Position numbers and translations under genes: made by a program
Assembly: GCA_000995965.1 (NCBI GenBank)
Contig: LBYD01000001.1
Span: 362,848-426,847 of the forward strand
Length of the DNA stretch: 64,000 nucleotides
Direction: 5' to 3'
DNA from: Candidatus Moranbacteria bacterium GW2011_GWC2_40_12
GTDB lineage: Bacteria > Patescibacteriota > Minisyncoccia > Moranbacterales > UBA11712
Notes under the pieces: generated by a model
What the model saw: the letters and a program-made list of their open reading frames with translations, nothing else
Told to the model about the DNA's origin: nothing
Database searches by the model: none
Shown here: positions 20,211-29,895 of the stretch, piece after piece
Layout of the letters: each line of letters opens with the position of its first letter
Position numbering within the stretch: position 1 is the first letter of the stretch

Positions 20211-20792
20211 ATGCTCAAAGCAACAAATGATGATAAATTGAAAAAAATAAACGACCTTATCCAAAAAGTCGACGAGATGAAAAAAGCCGACAAGATGGAC
20301 CTTTCGTCCGACCAGGATTTGTCAATCGCCATCATGAATCTGGTTTCGATCGAAGAACATTTCTTCTTTACCGGCGCCAAGACCGGAAAACCGGAATATT
20401 ATGACATGCTGCAGGAAGTGCGGGCTATGCGGGGCGACCTCTTGCGAAAAATAGTAAAAAATCCCGAGGGAGAACAATGGTGCATCTCCAAACATCTCCT
20501 TGCCGCTTCAATGCGCCTCATGGAAGTGGGAACCAAACAGCACAAGGCCGGAAATCAGAAAGAGGCTCTTGAGTTATTTGAAAAATCTTTCGATTGCTAC
20601 TCTCTATTCTGGGGAATAAATATGGATCTGATCAAGACCGACGACATCAAAAAAATCGACGAGGGAGCCATCAATGTGCATGACACAGAAAAAAAGCTTG
20701 CCCGCAATACTTCTCGAAGAGATGCAGGCGGGGGATTTCTGGGAAAACTGGGCGAGCTCGTCAAGAAAGCGGTTGATTGCTGTTTGGAGTGA
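20211..20792 (+). CDS. hypothetical protein
   Basis: 193 aa, followed by a terminator hairpin. Confidence 0.45.
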   Translation: MLKATNDDKLKKINDLIQKVDEMKKADKMDLSSDQDLSIAIMNLVSIEEHFFFTGAKTGKPEYYDMLQEVRAMRGDLLRKIVKNPEGEQWCISKHLLAASMRLMEVGTKQHKAGNQKEALELFEKSFDCYSLFWGINMDLIKTDDIKKIDEGAINVHDTEKKLARNTSRRDAGGGFLGKLGELVKKAVDCCLE

Positions 20793-20867
20793 AAAAGCGA
20801 GGCTCTCAGCGATGCCAGTAGCTTAATTTTGGAAAGATATCTTTTTTATGCATAGAAAAAAATAAAT

Positions 20868-20899
20868 ACAGGCTAGTCCGCGGACTAGCCTGTCTTTTT
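20868..20899. terminator. bidirectional intrinsic-terminator hairpin
   Basis: caggctagtccgcggactagcctg perfect hairpin flanked by A-run and T-run, between convergent genes. Confidence 0.65.
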
Positions 20900-20926
20900 C
20901 GCGATGGCACCCAGCATCCATCAACG

Positions 20927-21211
20927 TCAGCAGCCGGTCTGCTCTTCATGCAAGGTATCGTCTCCGAAATTAGTCCATCGCTCCCGGGGCAGGCTGGCAA
21001 TGAGAGAGGCCTTGATTTCAGCCAGCGGATCGGTGAGGTCTTTCAGTAGTTCGATAAGCTTTTTGGCTTTCTCCGCTTCTCTTGATGATAAAGGATCCTT
21101 GCGACGCAATTCCTCGAGCCCCCTGGACAATTCTTGGGCCTGTCTAAGAAGTGTCAAACTAAGAAATTGATCTAGCTTGACTAACCAATAGTTACTGCTA
21201 TTTTTTCTCAT
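20927..21211 (-). CDS. hypothetical protein
   Basis: 94 aa charged helical ORF. Confidence 0.35.
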   Translation of the reverse strand: MRKNSSNYWLVKLDQFLSLTLLRQAQELSRGLEELRRKDPLSSREAEKAKKLIELLKDLTDPLAEIKASLIASLPRERWTNFGDDTLHEEQTGC

Positions 21212-21339
21212 TATTATTCCCTCCTTGCCAGAAGCTTCGCAATTTCAAAATTTTTTGTCAAATCATAAAAAAACAACCTCGCCTTCATTGCGCGGGAGGT
21301 TGTTTTTTGAGTCCTAAATAACTATTTTGAGAATATTTT

Positions 21340-21756
21340 TTAGCTTTGGGAATTTCCCCTTATGCCGTTTCCTGATTTCAGATATTTTCCCCCGCCCGGG
21401 CAATTATGATCCCCATCTCTTGTTTGATTTCGATTTTGCCCTCTCAACCCGAGCTCCTCGCGAATCTGGTTGGCTTCGTCATATTTCCCATCGAGCATCA
21501 AGCGGTGCATTTCGGAAAACTTCGCGAAATTTCCCTCGTTGATGGCCTCAGTCACCCGGCCTCGCCCGTTCATGAGGCTTTTCCAGGCGTTGTAGTCATT
21601 ATTTTCAAACGCTTTTTGCATCGCTTCGTGCCTCTCGACGGAAAAATTCGGTCCTTTTTGCGCTGGGTCGCCCTGATAGGCATAGGCCGCGTAAGCTACT
21701 CCGGCAGCCGAAACCAAGGCAATTACCCCGATCGGAATCATAATCTTTTTGCTCAT
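21340..21756 (-). CDS. hypothetical secreted protein (signal peptide)
   Basis: 138 aa. MSKKIMIPIGVIALVSAAGVAYAAYAYQ... It lies downstream of the ECF sigma / anti-sigma pair. Confidence 0.5.
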   Translation of the reverse strand: MSKKIMIPIGVIALVSAAGVAYAAYAYQGDPAQKGPNFSVERHEAMQKAFENNDYNAWKSLMNGRGRVTEAINEGNFAKFSEMHRLMLDGKYDEANQIREELGLRGQNRNQTRDGDHNCPGGGKYLKSGNGIRGNSQS

Positions 21757-21794
21757 TTTTTTTCCTTAAATTTTAAGACATTTTCGATATTCAG

Positions 21795-21822
21795 TTTTGA
21801 ACTAAAAAGGAAGCTGGCCAGC
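21795..21822. terminator. hairpin terminator
   Basis: aaaaaggaagctggccagcttcctttttt is a perfect hairpin with flanking A-run and T-run. Confidence 0.6.
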
Positions 21823-21862
21823 TTCCTTTTTTACTACGCTCTTTTCCAATTCATCTTTCATC

Positions 21863-22630
21863 CTATTTTCCGGCCCATGGTCGGATCTCCCGCGCCCGAA
21901 ACCTTTTCTCGGTTCTTTTCTCTCCAATAAGCTTGACTTCCTCGTTTTCAATGATCAATACCGGGCCTCTGATCAAGGTCTCGTTGTTTTTTTCGATTTG
22001 CCAGATGATTCCTCCAAAATCCTCAATGTCAAATTCGTCTTCTTTTCTGATGTTCAAAATCCTTCCCCCCAAGAGCCCTTTTTCCGGCTGGGTCCAGATA
22101 TCCTTCCGATTGCAGCAGCAATGGACATTTTGATAAAGGGGAATATTTTGAGAAAATATCCGGTCAATTTTCCTGCCCATGCCGAGCGAGTGAAAAACCG
22201 AGCCCAAAACAACGCTTCCGACAACACTCAAACCCAAGACGACAAACGTTCCGCTCCTGTATCCGCTTTTTGTGTGTTTATAATTGTATAAAGCCAGTCC
22301 GAGAAAAAGGAGAATTGCAAAAATCCAGATATACGGAAGGGAAAGGAGAATATGTTTTGCGGGACTCAAGCTCAAATAGCGATAGATGTCCCAGTCATTG
22401 TCCAGGATGATCGAGAGAGCCACGCAAAAAGCCAACGCCCCGACAATCAACGAGACGGCAAAAGCCAACCATACAAAATAATCCTTGAGAAGAAAATGCC
22501 ATTTAGGCTTCGGCTCGATTTTCTCCTCTTTGATTTTGCACAGCACTTTGTCGCAAAACTTGCTCATAATATTTTTCCTAAAGCTCAACCTCAGAAAATA
22601 ATAAAGTTGGGCTTTTGGATATAAATTCAA
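21863..22630 (-). CDS. putative anti-sigma factor (membrane protein downstream of ECF sigma; N-terminal C-x4-C motif)
   Basis: It starts with TTG at 22630 (TTGA overlap with the sigma stop) or ATG at 22567 (MSKFCDKVLC). TM segments follow. The assignment rests on position and topology only. Confidence 0.45.
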   Translation of the reverse strand: MNLYPKAQLYYFLRLSFRKNIMSKFCDKVLCKIKEEKIEPKPKWHFLLKDYFVWLAFAVSLIVGALAFCVALSIILDNDWDIYRYLSLSPAKHILLSLPYIWIFAILLFLGLALYNYKHTKSGYRSGTFVVLGLSVVGSVVLGSVFHSLGMGRKIDRIFSQNIPLYQNVHCCCNRKDIWTQPEKGLLGGRILNIRKEDEFDIEDFGGIIWQIEKNNETLIRGPVLIIENEEVKLIGEKRTEKRFRAREIRPWAGK

Positions 22631-23211
22631 AACTTTATATTCTTTTCCTCGACAATTTTCGCAAATTGCTTTTTGGCCCGGTTGATGAGCGTGGCCACCG
22701 TTCCAAGAGGTTTTTCCAAAATGTCCGAAATTTCCTTGTAGTCTTTGCCTTCCAGAAATTTTAGGACCAGCACCTCTTTGTATTTTTTATCGAGATTTTC
22801 AAGCATTTTCCGCACTTCCTCGCCTGAAAACTTCCTTTCCGTGTCACGCGCCAAATTCTCGTCAGTCGCGATAAACTTCAAAAAATCTTCGTCAGCTTCA
22901 AACTTTAGTACCTGCGGGCGGACCTTAGTCTTTCGCCAGTGGCTGATCACTTGGTTGTGGGCAATCCGGTATATCCAGGAGGAAAACTTCAGATCCGGGT
23001 CGAAATCATTGAGATTGCGGTATACTTTCACGAAAATCTCCTGCAAAAGGTCTTCCGCGTCTTCCTGCGTAGCGGCTGAAATGCGCCGAACATACCGCAT
23101 CAGTTTCGGCTCGTATTTTTCCACAAGACATGCAAAAAAATCCTGGTCTTTGAGAGCCAAGGCGACCAATTCTTCGTCGGTTTTTTCACTGCAGTTATTT
23201 TTATCTAGCAT
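22627..23211 (-). CDS. ECF-type RNA polymerase sigma-70 factor
   Basis: 194 aa. The region-2-like stretch is FSSWIYRIAHNQVISHWRK. The region-4 HTH is VLVLKFLEGKDYKEISDILEKPLGTVATLINRAKKQF. Confidence 0.8.
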   Translation of the reverse strand: MLDKNNCSEKTDEELVALALKDQDFFACLVEKYEPKLMRYVRRISAATQEDAEDLLQEIFVKVYRNLNDFDPDLKFSSWIYRIAHNQVISHWRKTKVRPQVLKFEADEDFLKFIATDENLARDTERKFSGEEVRKMLENLDKKYKEVLVLKFLEGKDYKEISDILEKPLGTVATLINRAKKQFAKIVEEKNIKF

Positions 23212-23273
23212 TGATAATATAAAACTATTCGGTATTGCCGAGTTTAAACCGTCTCATTATAAGAAAAGAATGC

Positions 23274-25334
23274 CTATAGATCAAGCTCCCCCGTTTTTTC
23301 CCAATTCCGCTCGTCCAAGACGACCAGGTTGTTTTCCCCGATCACATACAAAAAATCATTGATATACAGCGCCCTTTTCACCGCTGTTTCAGAAACGGTT
23401 TTCGCGAGGCTCAAGCTGTCGCCGGCATAAGAGAAAATATATCCGCCTCTTGACCCCGGCAGGAAGAAAATTTCATGTTTCGCGTCGAGGAGAAAGGCAT
23501 GGTGGGTCTCTGAAACAGAGGAATAGTATTCGTCAAGGTTGTATTTCGCGATTTCCGTCGGATCAGCCGGATCTCGAACATCAAAGAGAGAAATTTTGAC
23601 CTTGCCCGCTTCCTCCCCGATTCCCAGAATCTTGTCTTTTGTGATCGGATGAAGATATGAAGAGTATCCCGGAATCTTGAGCTCTCCTTTCTTCTCCGGA
23701 TTGATTGGGTCGGAAAGATCCAGGACATAGAAAGGATCAATTTGCCTGAAAGTGACGACATATCCCTTGTCTTCAATGAACCGCACGGAATAAATTCTCT
23801 CCCCTTTTCCAAGATCAATCACCGAACCCTCTATTTTCATATTGTCCCCGAGTATATACACGTCATTCGCCGTTTCGCTCGTTCGCCCCGAGCCGAATCC
23901 CCAGCCAAAAAAGCTTTCCCCGACTGTGGTGGCCGCGCGCAAGTCCCCTTTGTATTCATCAAGCGAGAATTGGTTGAGAAGTCTTCCGGGAACAGTTCCA
24001 ATTGTGTCAATTCCGAGACTCTCTGTCTTGATTTTCACGATTCCGGTGCTGTCGAGCTCCCGCCGGTGTTTTTTCAGAAAATCAACCATTTTGTTTTCTA
24101 TTTCATTTTCCATCTTGAGGCTCTCGTCGCGCGAAAGTGAACTTCGATACCTCTCGATGAGATTCCAGACTTCCGTCGATTTCGCGGCATTTGAAATGTC
24201 ATAACTCTCGAGTTTTTCCAGTTTTTCAGTGAACCAGTCCGGGACAAGATTTTTGTTCTCGGAAAAAAACAGGTTGAGAATTTTCACCTGGTCGCCGGGA
24301 TAATAGTAGCTGACATAGAGCGAATTTTCGGACATATACACGACCGAGGAGGTATAGTCGCTCGACCCGACAAAAGAAATGTCCTTTTCAATTTCACCGG
24401 TCGCGGGATTCACGATCATGGCCGTATAAGTCGCCTCGGCCGGAACAATGGCGGTGGGGTGATAAATTTCGCTGCATCTTATCTTGAAAGGACGGCCTTT
24501 GACAACGAGCGGTTCCATAGCACAGAATTTGTTTTCATCAATGATATCAGTTTTTGTCGCGAGGTATATTTTTCCCCTATAAAGCCTCGCGCCGGCAATG
24601 GAAACGGCTTCTTTCATTTCAATGTCCCAGAGTTCTTTGGGATTTTTTGGGTCCGAAACGTCAAAGCCGTATATCTTGTTGGCATCTTTCGCCCAATAAT
24701 ATCGCTGCGTTGGGATAACAATGAGTGTCTTGCCGGCGAGAAGCAGATCCCCGCTTTTGTCTATTTTATAATCCACCGCTAAATCATTCGGAGGATATGC
24801 TTTGATAGCTTTCGTTCCGCCAGTCTGCCAAAGAGGCCAAAGCTCCCGCGATTCGTCCGATCTTCCAACTGTGTCATCCATCGGCATGATTTCTGGACGG
24901 GGAACGGAAAAAAATATTTCTTTTCCGTCGGTTTTCACCGCGTCCGGCTCGTCAATGCCCGCCACTTGGACATTCGTTTCCGAAACCCGGGCTGGCACAG
25001 GCACAGCCGCCCCGGGAGCGCCAACCCCGTCGCTGCTTTTCAGGGATTGCGTTTCCATCCATCCCGGCCCGCCGGCTCCTCCCCGGCCGCCATAAGATCC
25101 GGACGCGTTTTTTGCTTTGGTAATGTATTCCTTGAAGTCTTGGTCGGATGAAAATTTCTTGATTTCCGCAACTTTTTCCTTGTCAATCCCTGCCGGTTTG
25201 GTCCTGGCCGGCGAGATCGGCTTTTCTTTTTGGTTTTGTTGGAAAATGAAAATCAGTCCCGCAACAAGCGCGACTGCTGCTAAAACTGCCCAAATATATT
25301 TGGGATTTGCTTCACTTTTTATATTTTCCTCCAT
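23274..25334 (-). CDS. membrane-anchored large extracellular protein, probable beta-propeller-domain family
   Basis: 686 aa with an N-terminal TM, a Gly-rich linker, and a long beta-rich domain. It lies upstream of the ECF sigma. Confidence 0.45.
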   Translation of the reverse strand: MEENIKSEANPKYIWAVLAAVALVAGLIFIFQQNQKEKPISPARTKPAGIDKEKVAEIKKFSSDQDFKEYITKAKNASGSYGGRGGAGGPGWMETQSLKSSDGVGAPGAAVPVPARVSETNVQVAGIDEPDAVKTDGKEIFFSVPRPEIMPMDDTVGRSDESRELWPLWQTGGTKAIKAYPPNDLAVDYKIDKSGDLLLAGKTLIVIPTQRYYWAKDANKIYGFDVSDPKNPKELWDIEMKEAVSIAGARLYRGKIYLATKTDIIDENKFCAMEPLVVKGRPFKIRCSEIYHPTAIVPAEATYTAMIVNPATGEIEKDISFVGSSDYTSSVVYMSENSLYVSYYYPGDQVKILNLFFSENKNLVPDWFTEKLEKLESYDISNAAKSTEVWNLIERYRSSLSRDESLKMENEIENKMVDFLKKHRRELDSTGIVKIKTESLGIDTIGTVPGRLLNQFSLDEYKGDLRAATTVGESFFGWGFGSGRTSETANDVYILGDNMKIEGSVIDLGKGERIYSVRFIEDKGYVVTFRQIDPFYVLDLSDPINPEKKGELKIPGYSSYLHPITKDKILGIGEEAGKVKISLFDVRDPADPTEIAKYNLDEYYSSVSETHHAFLLDAKHEIFFLPGSRGGYIFSYAGDSLSLAKTVSETAVKRALYINDFLYVIGENNLVVLDERNWEKTGELDL

Positions 25335-25468
25335 TATTTTTTACCCCGTTAAATCCCGCCGGGCGGGAATCCGCCAAAGGCGGATTATTTAACTGGGGTG
25401 AATTATTTTTTAGCGAAGCTTATTTGCCTCGTACCACAATATTTCAAAAAGAATACAAAGTTATTTCT

Positions 25469-25756
25469 TCAGCTTGTGGTGCGAGGTTTTCCCTCCCAAA
25501 TTTTTTCCGCTTCTTCTTCCATGGCATAAAGGCGGGTGTAGTAGTCTGGAAATTCGTTGAGATGGGCGAGAGCGATTTTTCCGGTCGTCAAGGGATCGTC
25601 GTTTGAAACGTTCGTGTTCGGATCAACTGTCCCGTGTTCAAGCTCAACGTCCATTCCCATTAGGAATTGTTCAACGTCAAACTTTGTCCAGTCAATCCCC
25701 AGCTGATCGCCGACAACTTTCGCCTGTTCAGCCGTGAAAACTTTTTTTGTGGACAT
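25469..25756 (-). CDS. hypothetical protein
   Basis: Probable start MSTKKVFTAEQAK. It contains GMDVELEHGT. Confidence 0.4.
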   Translation of the reverse strand: MSTKKVFTAEQAKVVGDQLGIDWTKFDVEQFLMGMDVELEHGTVDPNTNVSNDDPLTTGKIALAHLNEFPDYYTRLYAMEEEAEKIWEGKPRTTS

Positions 25757-25772
25757 AAATGATTCTGAAAAA

Positions 25773-26141
25773 TTAGACGGCTTTTTTAAAAATATCCTCA
25801 TTTATTGCCTCCGGCCGCAGGTCGATCCTGTCTATTCCAAGCCGACTGCAAATTTTTACGATATTTTCCGCGCGCAGATCCCTTTCTTTTTCCAGCCTGG
25901 CTATCTCACTGGCATCGAGATTTTTTCCCGAGTCCTCGGGACGACCCTGATAAAATTCTATGCTGCTCCGCCGAGTGTCAATCTGTTCCTGAATCGCGTG
26001 GTATCGTCTTTTTTCTATTTCCAGCTGCTCTTCTAATTCCTGCTGATTCTTTTTTTTGATTTCTTCTTTTGAATATTCTTCATAGTATACGGATTTCTCA
26101 ACTGGAAACCCCTCGCGATATTCAAGTATTTTTGCTGTCAT
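25773..26141 (-). CDS. hypothetical coiled-coil protein
   Basis: 122 aa, highly charged. Confidence 0.4.
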   Translation of the reverse strand: MTAKILEYREGFPVEKSVYYEEYSKEEIKKKNQQELEEQLEIEKRRYHAIQEQIDTRRSSIEFYQGRPEDSGKNLDASEIARLEKERDLRAENIVKICSRLGIDRIDLRPEAINEDIFKKAV

Positions 26142-26261
26142 AGTAAATAATTTATAAGTCTAAAAATTACGTTTTCATTATCTCACAAAATTCCTTGCTT
26201 CGCCAGAAGAAATTTACTATGATTAGAAAAAGTCTTATATAAAGTCAATTTCTCGTGCCAA

Positions 26262-26290
26262 TTGACACGCGGGAGAAAAAGTGATATAAT
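26262..26290 (+). promoter_or_regulatory. consensus sigma-70-type promoter (TTGACA-17 bp-TATAAT)
   Basis: TTGACA at 26262-26267, a 17-nt spacer, then TATAAT at 26285-26290. Confidence 0.6.
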
Positions 26291-26296
26291 AGACAG

Positions 26297-26820
26297 CTGT
26301 TTAAAAATCAGGGAGCAAAGCGGAAATCCGCTAAATTATGTTTCACAATCTTCAGGGGAGGAATGCGATGTGTATTATGAACGAAGGAGTCGTAATTTTG
26401 GCCGGAGGCACTCATGGTCTCGAGCAGTTGGTTCATTACAAAAACGCTCCCGCAAAAAAAAGGAGTGGATTAAAAACCGACCCCCGACATTATATAACCG
26501 TTGATGGGCAAGAGATTCCCAATGGACTCGAGTGCCCGCCAATAATGAGACGTCCCGCGGAATATTCGCACTGCTTTTTTACCAGCGCAAGCGGGATAAG
26601 AATCCCCGCCCAGTATTTTATTGATATTGAAAAAGCCCCGGATTCCAACTGGGAAGAAAAGATGCCCAGCTGGCGGTCGCCGAACAGCGACTCGGCAAAA
26701 TACCGCCGCCGCCAGTTTCCCGGACCCTCTTCCCTCCGGAAAATGGGATAACCAGATTCACTTCCGCCGCCAGCCCGCCACAGGCTTCACAGCTTTTGGC
26801 CCCGGTCTGGCGGTTTTTTT
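26297..26820 (+). ncRNA. candidate ~520-nt structured non-coding RNA of unknown class (alternatively a 127-aa ORF of atypical composition)
   Basis: A perfect promoter lies upstream and an intrinsic terminator (ccgccag...ctggcgg + T7) lies downstream. The region is GC-richer than its surroundings. Three mutually overlapping ORFs here have atypical composition. Confidence 0.35.
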
Positions 26821-26825
26821 AACTT

Positions 26826-26848
26826 ACCAACATCGAATGTTGGTAGGA
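26826..26848. repeat. conserved palindrome TACCAACAT-CGA-ATGTTGGTA (copy 2)
   Basis: ttaccaacatcgaatgttggtagg lies immediately after the candidate-ncRNA terminator. Confidence 0.6.
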
Positions 26849-26959
26849 GTTGGGGGAGGCGTCAAGCGGCCGGTTTTGTGATAAAATATATCTTTATCTT
26901 TAGATGTCGGACGTCCAAGAACGTCTAAGAAATTCTGCATTTTTATTTAAGCTCATCGT

Positions 26960-27646
26960 TCACAAAAACATATTTCTAACAGCGTCAAGCCAATTTGCAA
27001 GCTCTGCTTCTTTTTGCACATATCCTCGGATGTCGACTGCCGATCCCTTGTGAACCCCCAGATGCAAATGTTTTCGCTCGCCGCTTGTTTCCGCACTGAA
27101 AGCTTTTCCCAGAATTCCGATTTCTTCCCCCTTTGCCAATGTGTCGCCGGCTTTTTTTGCAATGCTCGCCAGTTTCAGATGGCCATAGATAACCGTAATG
27201 AGCTGGTTATCCAGTTCGCAATTTTCAACCAAAATCCCTCCATATCCGGTGGCGGTTTTTTTGAGCGCGATTTTTCCATCGCAAATGGCCTGCACCGGAA
27301 CGTTGGCATTCAGCTCTTCCAAAAAAATTTCAAAATCCGTTCCAGTGTGATACCCCCGGAATTTCTCGGGCTGAACCGGGGAATTTTGGGAAGTGATATA
27401 TTGCCCGAATTTCTTTTTTGTGATGCGCTCCTCCGCCTGCTCCAGCGGCAAACCAAAAACAGGCACCGGGGTAATCGGATCTTTTTTTTCAGGGACTATC
27501 TGATTTTCGGCAATATCCTTCACTTTGACGGGCAGATTATTCACGACAACCGTTTGCTTGAGGGAAACTATGCTATAGAGGTTATAGATAATAACCGCCG
27601 CAAGCGCAGCAACCACCGCTGCAATAAAAAAAATTTTTTTGTCCAT
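26960..27646 (-). CDS. M23 family (LytM-like) peptidase
   Basis: ...GYHTGTDFE..., ...VIYGHL... and HLHLGVHKG motifs, with an N-terminal TM. Confidence 0.8.
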   Translation of the reverse strand: MDKKIFFIAAVVAALAAVIIYNLYSIVSLKQTVVVNNLPVKVKDIAENQIVPEKKDPITPVPVFGLPLEQAEERITKKKFGQYITSQNSPVQPEKFRGYHTGTDFEIFLEELNANVPVQAICDGKIALKKTATGYGGILVENCELDNQLITVIYGHLKLASIAKKAGDTLAKGEEIGILGKAFSAETSGERKHLHLGVHKGSAVDIRGYVQKEAELANWLDAVRNMFL

Positions 27647-27683
27647 GTTTTTTCCAAAAAATTATTCGGGGGAATTTCAAAGC

Positions 27684-28229
27684 CTATTTTTTCTTCTTTC
27701 TGCTTTTGTCGACCAGCCAGACCACTGTATAGGCGACAGCCAGCAAAGAATAGTTGGTCAGCATGAAAATCCGCGTTCCCCAGCGCGTTCCATCGACCAT
27801 AAAGTTCGAAAGGGGCCAAAGAAAGGGCGTTGGAAAAAAAGCGAAGGAATGGGTCGGAATGTCCATGAGAATATGAAGAAACCAGCCTCCCATTTCCCAG
27901 ACCGGACGGCGAAAATACCAGGCGACCAGACTGAAAACAATGAGAAAAACAAGCAAGCTGTGGCTCGCGTCATAAAGATGATGAGTCAGGCGCAGAATGA
28001 ACGATTGCTCGCCGACGGGAGGTTCAATTTCTCCGGGACGGATCGCAAAAGGCGTTCCGCCGGCTGTAATGCGGAAATAATTGAGGTATATAAATGACAA
28101 GGCAAAGGCAAAAACATCCGGAAACAATCCCCAAGCAATAGCGAGCCAGACCCGGAGCGGCTTTTTTCTTTTCAAATTGAGAGCTCTGGCGCCCGCTCCC
28201 GCCCAAAGCCCGTGAGAAAATACGTCCAT
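27684..28229 (-). CDS. membrane-bound metal-dependent hydrolase-like protein (YdjM/DUF457-like)
   Basis: 181 aa with His-rich TM segments (HGLWAG..., LTHHLYDASHS). Confidence 0.5.
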   Translation of the reverse strand: MDVFSHGLWAGAGARALNLKRKKPLRVWLAIAWGLFPDVFAFALSFIYLNYFRITAGGTPFAIRPGEIEPPVGEQSFILRLTHHLYDASHSLLVFLIVFSLVAWYFRRPVWEMGGWFLHILMDIPTHSFAFFPTPFLWPLSNFMVDGTRWGTRIFMLTNYSLLAVAYTVVWLVDKSRKKKK

Positions 28230-28390
28230 AAGAAATACTCGCTAATTTGAGCGAATTAATAGCGAATCGGAACGAATCTTAATTCTAATCCAATTACTAC
28301 CCAATTTAGAATAACAAAAAATCTCATAAAAAACAGAAAGCCCTTCCCCAAGTGGTCCAGGCTTCTGGTTAGAGGCTCTGCAGTCAGAGC

Positions 28391-28636
28391 CTAGAAAGGA
28401 ACTTGCGATAGCTCGCGAACTTTGATGACCAAAGCCGGAATTTTTCGGGCGATGGAAGGAGGCAGGCTATCGATCCGAAAATGCGTCCTTCGATAATTCA
28501 GCTGCAGACAGGCCGATCCGCACTTTTCTGCCGCAACAATATCCGGCTGGGAGATTAGATCTGCCAAAATTTCTTTCACTGCTCTCGGATCTAATCCAGC
28601 CCAATCTCTTTTTCTTCCTTTTGCGTCTCTAGACAT
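28391..28636 (-). CDS. hypothetical protein
   Basis: 81-aa ORF. Confidence 0.3.
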   Translation of the reverse strand: MSRDAKGRKRDWAGLDPRAVKEILADLISQPDIVAAEKCGSACLQLNYRRTHFRIDSLPPSIARKIPALVIKVRELSQVPF

Positions 28637-28794
28637 ATTTCAATTCTCCTCGCAATCTCGGATTTTTTATCTCAAAATAAGATCCTCCTCTTTTGGATCC
28701 TATCTTCATAATACGAAATTTTCGCGAAAAAAATTCCAAAAAACCGAAGAAAAGATATTCTCTCCGGCTTTCTGTTTATTTACAAAAAAGTAAT

Positions 28795-29862
28795 TTATAA
28801 TTCTTTTTTTATTTCCTGCGCTAGCATTGGATTCCACATCGCTCCCGTAGCACTCATCACCGCGTCCGCCCCGGCCTCATGGTATTTTTTGAAGTCTTCA
28901 GCGCCTGACACTCCCCCGACTCCGACAATGGCGAATTTCATCCCTAACTCATCGCGCAAATTCCGTAGCCGTCCGGTCATTTCAAGCCCCGCCCATTTGA
29001 TCGCCTGCCCGCAAACGCCGCTCACCAGCCGCCCTTCACCGGGAAGGGCCTGCTCCCCGTTTTTTTTCCGCACTGCCGAGCCGATCGTGTTGATGGCGGA
29101 AATTCCGTCGATTATGCTTCCTACGTCTGAAATTAATTTTTTCAGAGCTTCCTGGTCTTCATAATAGGCGATTTTGATGATTAGCGGAGTGTTGCCAATT
29201 TCATTTTTGATCGCTTCACTCACTCTTCGCACCATCCCAATGTCAAAGCACATAAGATGGGCCGTCCCTTCATTGGGACAGGAAAAATTCACTTCAAGAA
29301 TTTTCGCTCCCGTTTCTTTCACCAGCCGCGCGCCCAAAACAAAATCCGCCACGAAAGCATTGACATTCCCATCTCCTTTCTTCGTCCCCTGAAAACTGCC
29401 GACCACGACTTGTCCGGCACCTGCGTATTTTACCGCCTCCTCGAGGTCCTTTTGCCAAATTTCCGGATCAGTCGAAGGCACGCCGAAAGAATTTGTTATT
29501 GATAGCGGAGCCTCATAATCACCTTTCGAAATTATCCCTTTTTTTGCTTGCTCCAAAGTCAAATCACCGTCAAGATCCACTGCCACGACATTTGGAAAAG
29601 CGTTGCAGGGATAGGCACCAGTGCGAACGGTCTTGTAGACCGCGATGTCAAAGCCGCTATCAAGCGCCGCCTTCACAAAGCGACCATTCAGCAGCGGACC
29701 AGCCGGAATGCCAAAGGGCAAATATACTTTGTTTCCCAGGAAATCGTACTCGGGCTCGCCTTTGTTTTGATATTTTTCCGGATTTCGAAAGGCGCCGAAC
29801 GGTCCTTTTCCATAATTTTCTTCATACGATTTTCCCGGATCGTAAAATGGATCGCGAAGCAT
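28795..29862 (-). CDS. pyrD: dihydroorotate dehydrogenase family protein (class 1-like) with N-terminal extension
   Basis: ...LPFGIPAGPL..., NSFGVPS, VNFSCPN and IVGVGGVSGAED motifs. Confidence 0.65.
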   Translation of the reverse strand: MLRDPFYDPGKSYEENYGKGPFGAFRNPEKYQNKGEPEYDFLGNKVYLPFGIPAGPLLNGRFVKAALDSGFDIAVYKTVRTGAYPCNAFPNVVAVDLDGDLTLEQAKKGIISKGDYEAPLSITNSFGVPSTDPEIWQKDLEEAVKYAGAGQVVVGSFQGTKKGDGNVNAFVADFVLGARLVKETGAKILEVNFSCPNEGTAHLMCFDIGMVRRVSEAIKNEIGNTPLIIKIAYYEDQEALKKLISDVGSIIDGISAINTIGSAVRKKNGEQALPGEGRLVSGVCGQAIKWAGLEMTGRLRNLRDELGMKFAIVGVGGVSGAEDFKKYHEAGADAVMSATGAMWNPMLAQEIKKEL

Positions 29863-29895
29863 AAATTTTTGCTTTAATTTTTATTCGTCCAAGAA

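Noticed and set aside
28330-28390. Possible tRNA near ggtccaggcttctggttagaggctctgcagtcagagcc
   Set aside because: It has only a 7-bp/4-nt hairpin, no T-arm or D-arm, and no anticodon-loop geometry. It is probably a simple hairpin.
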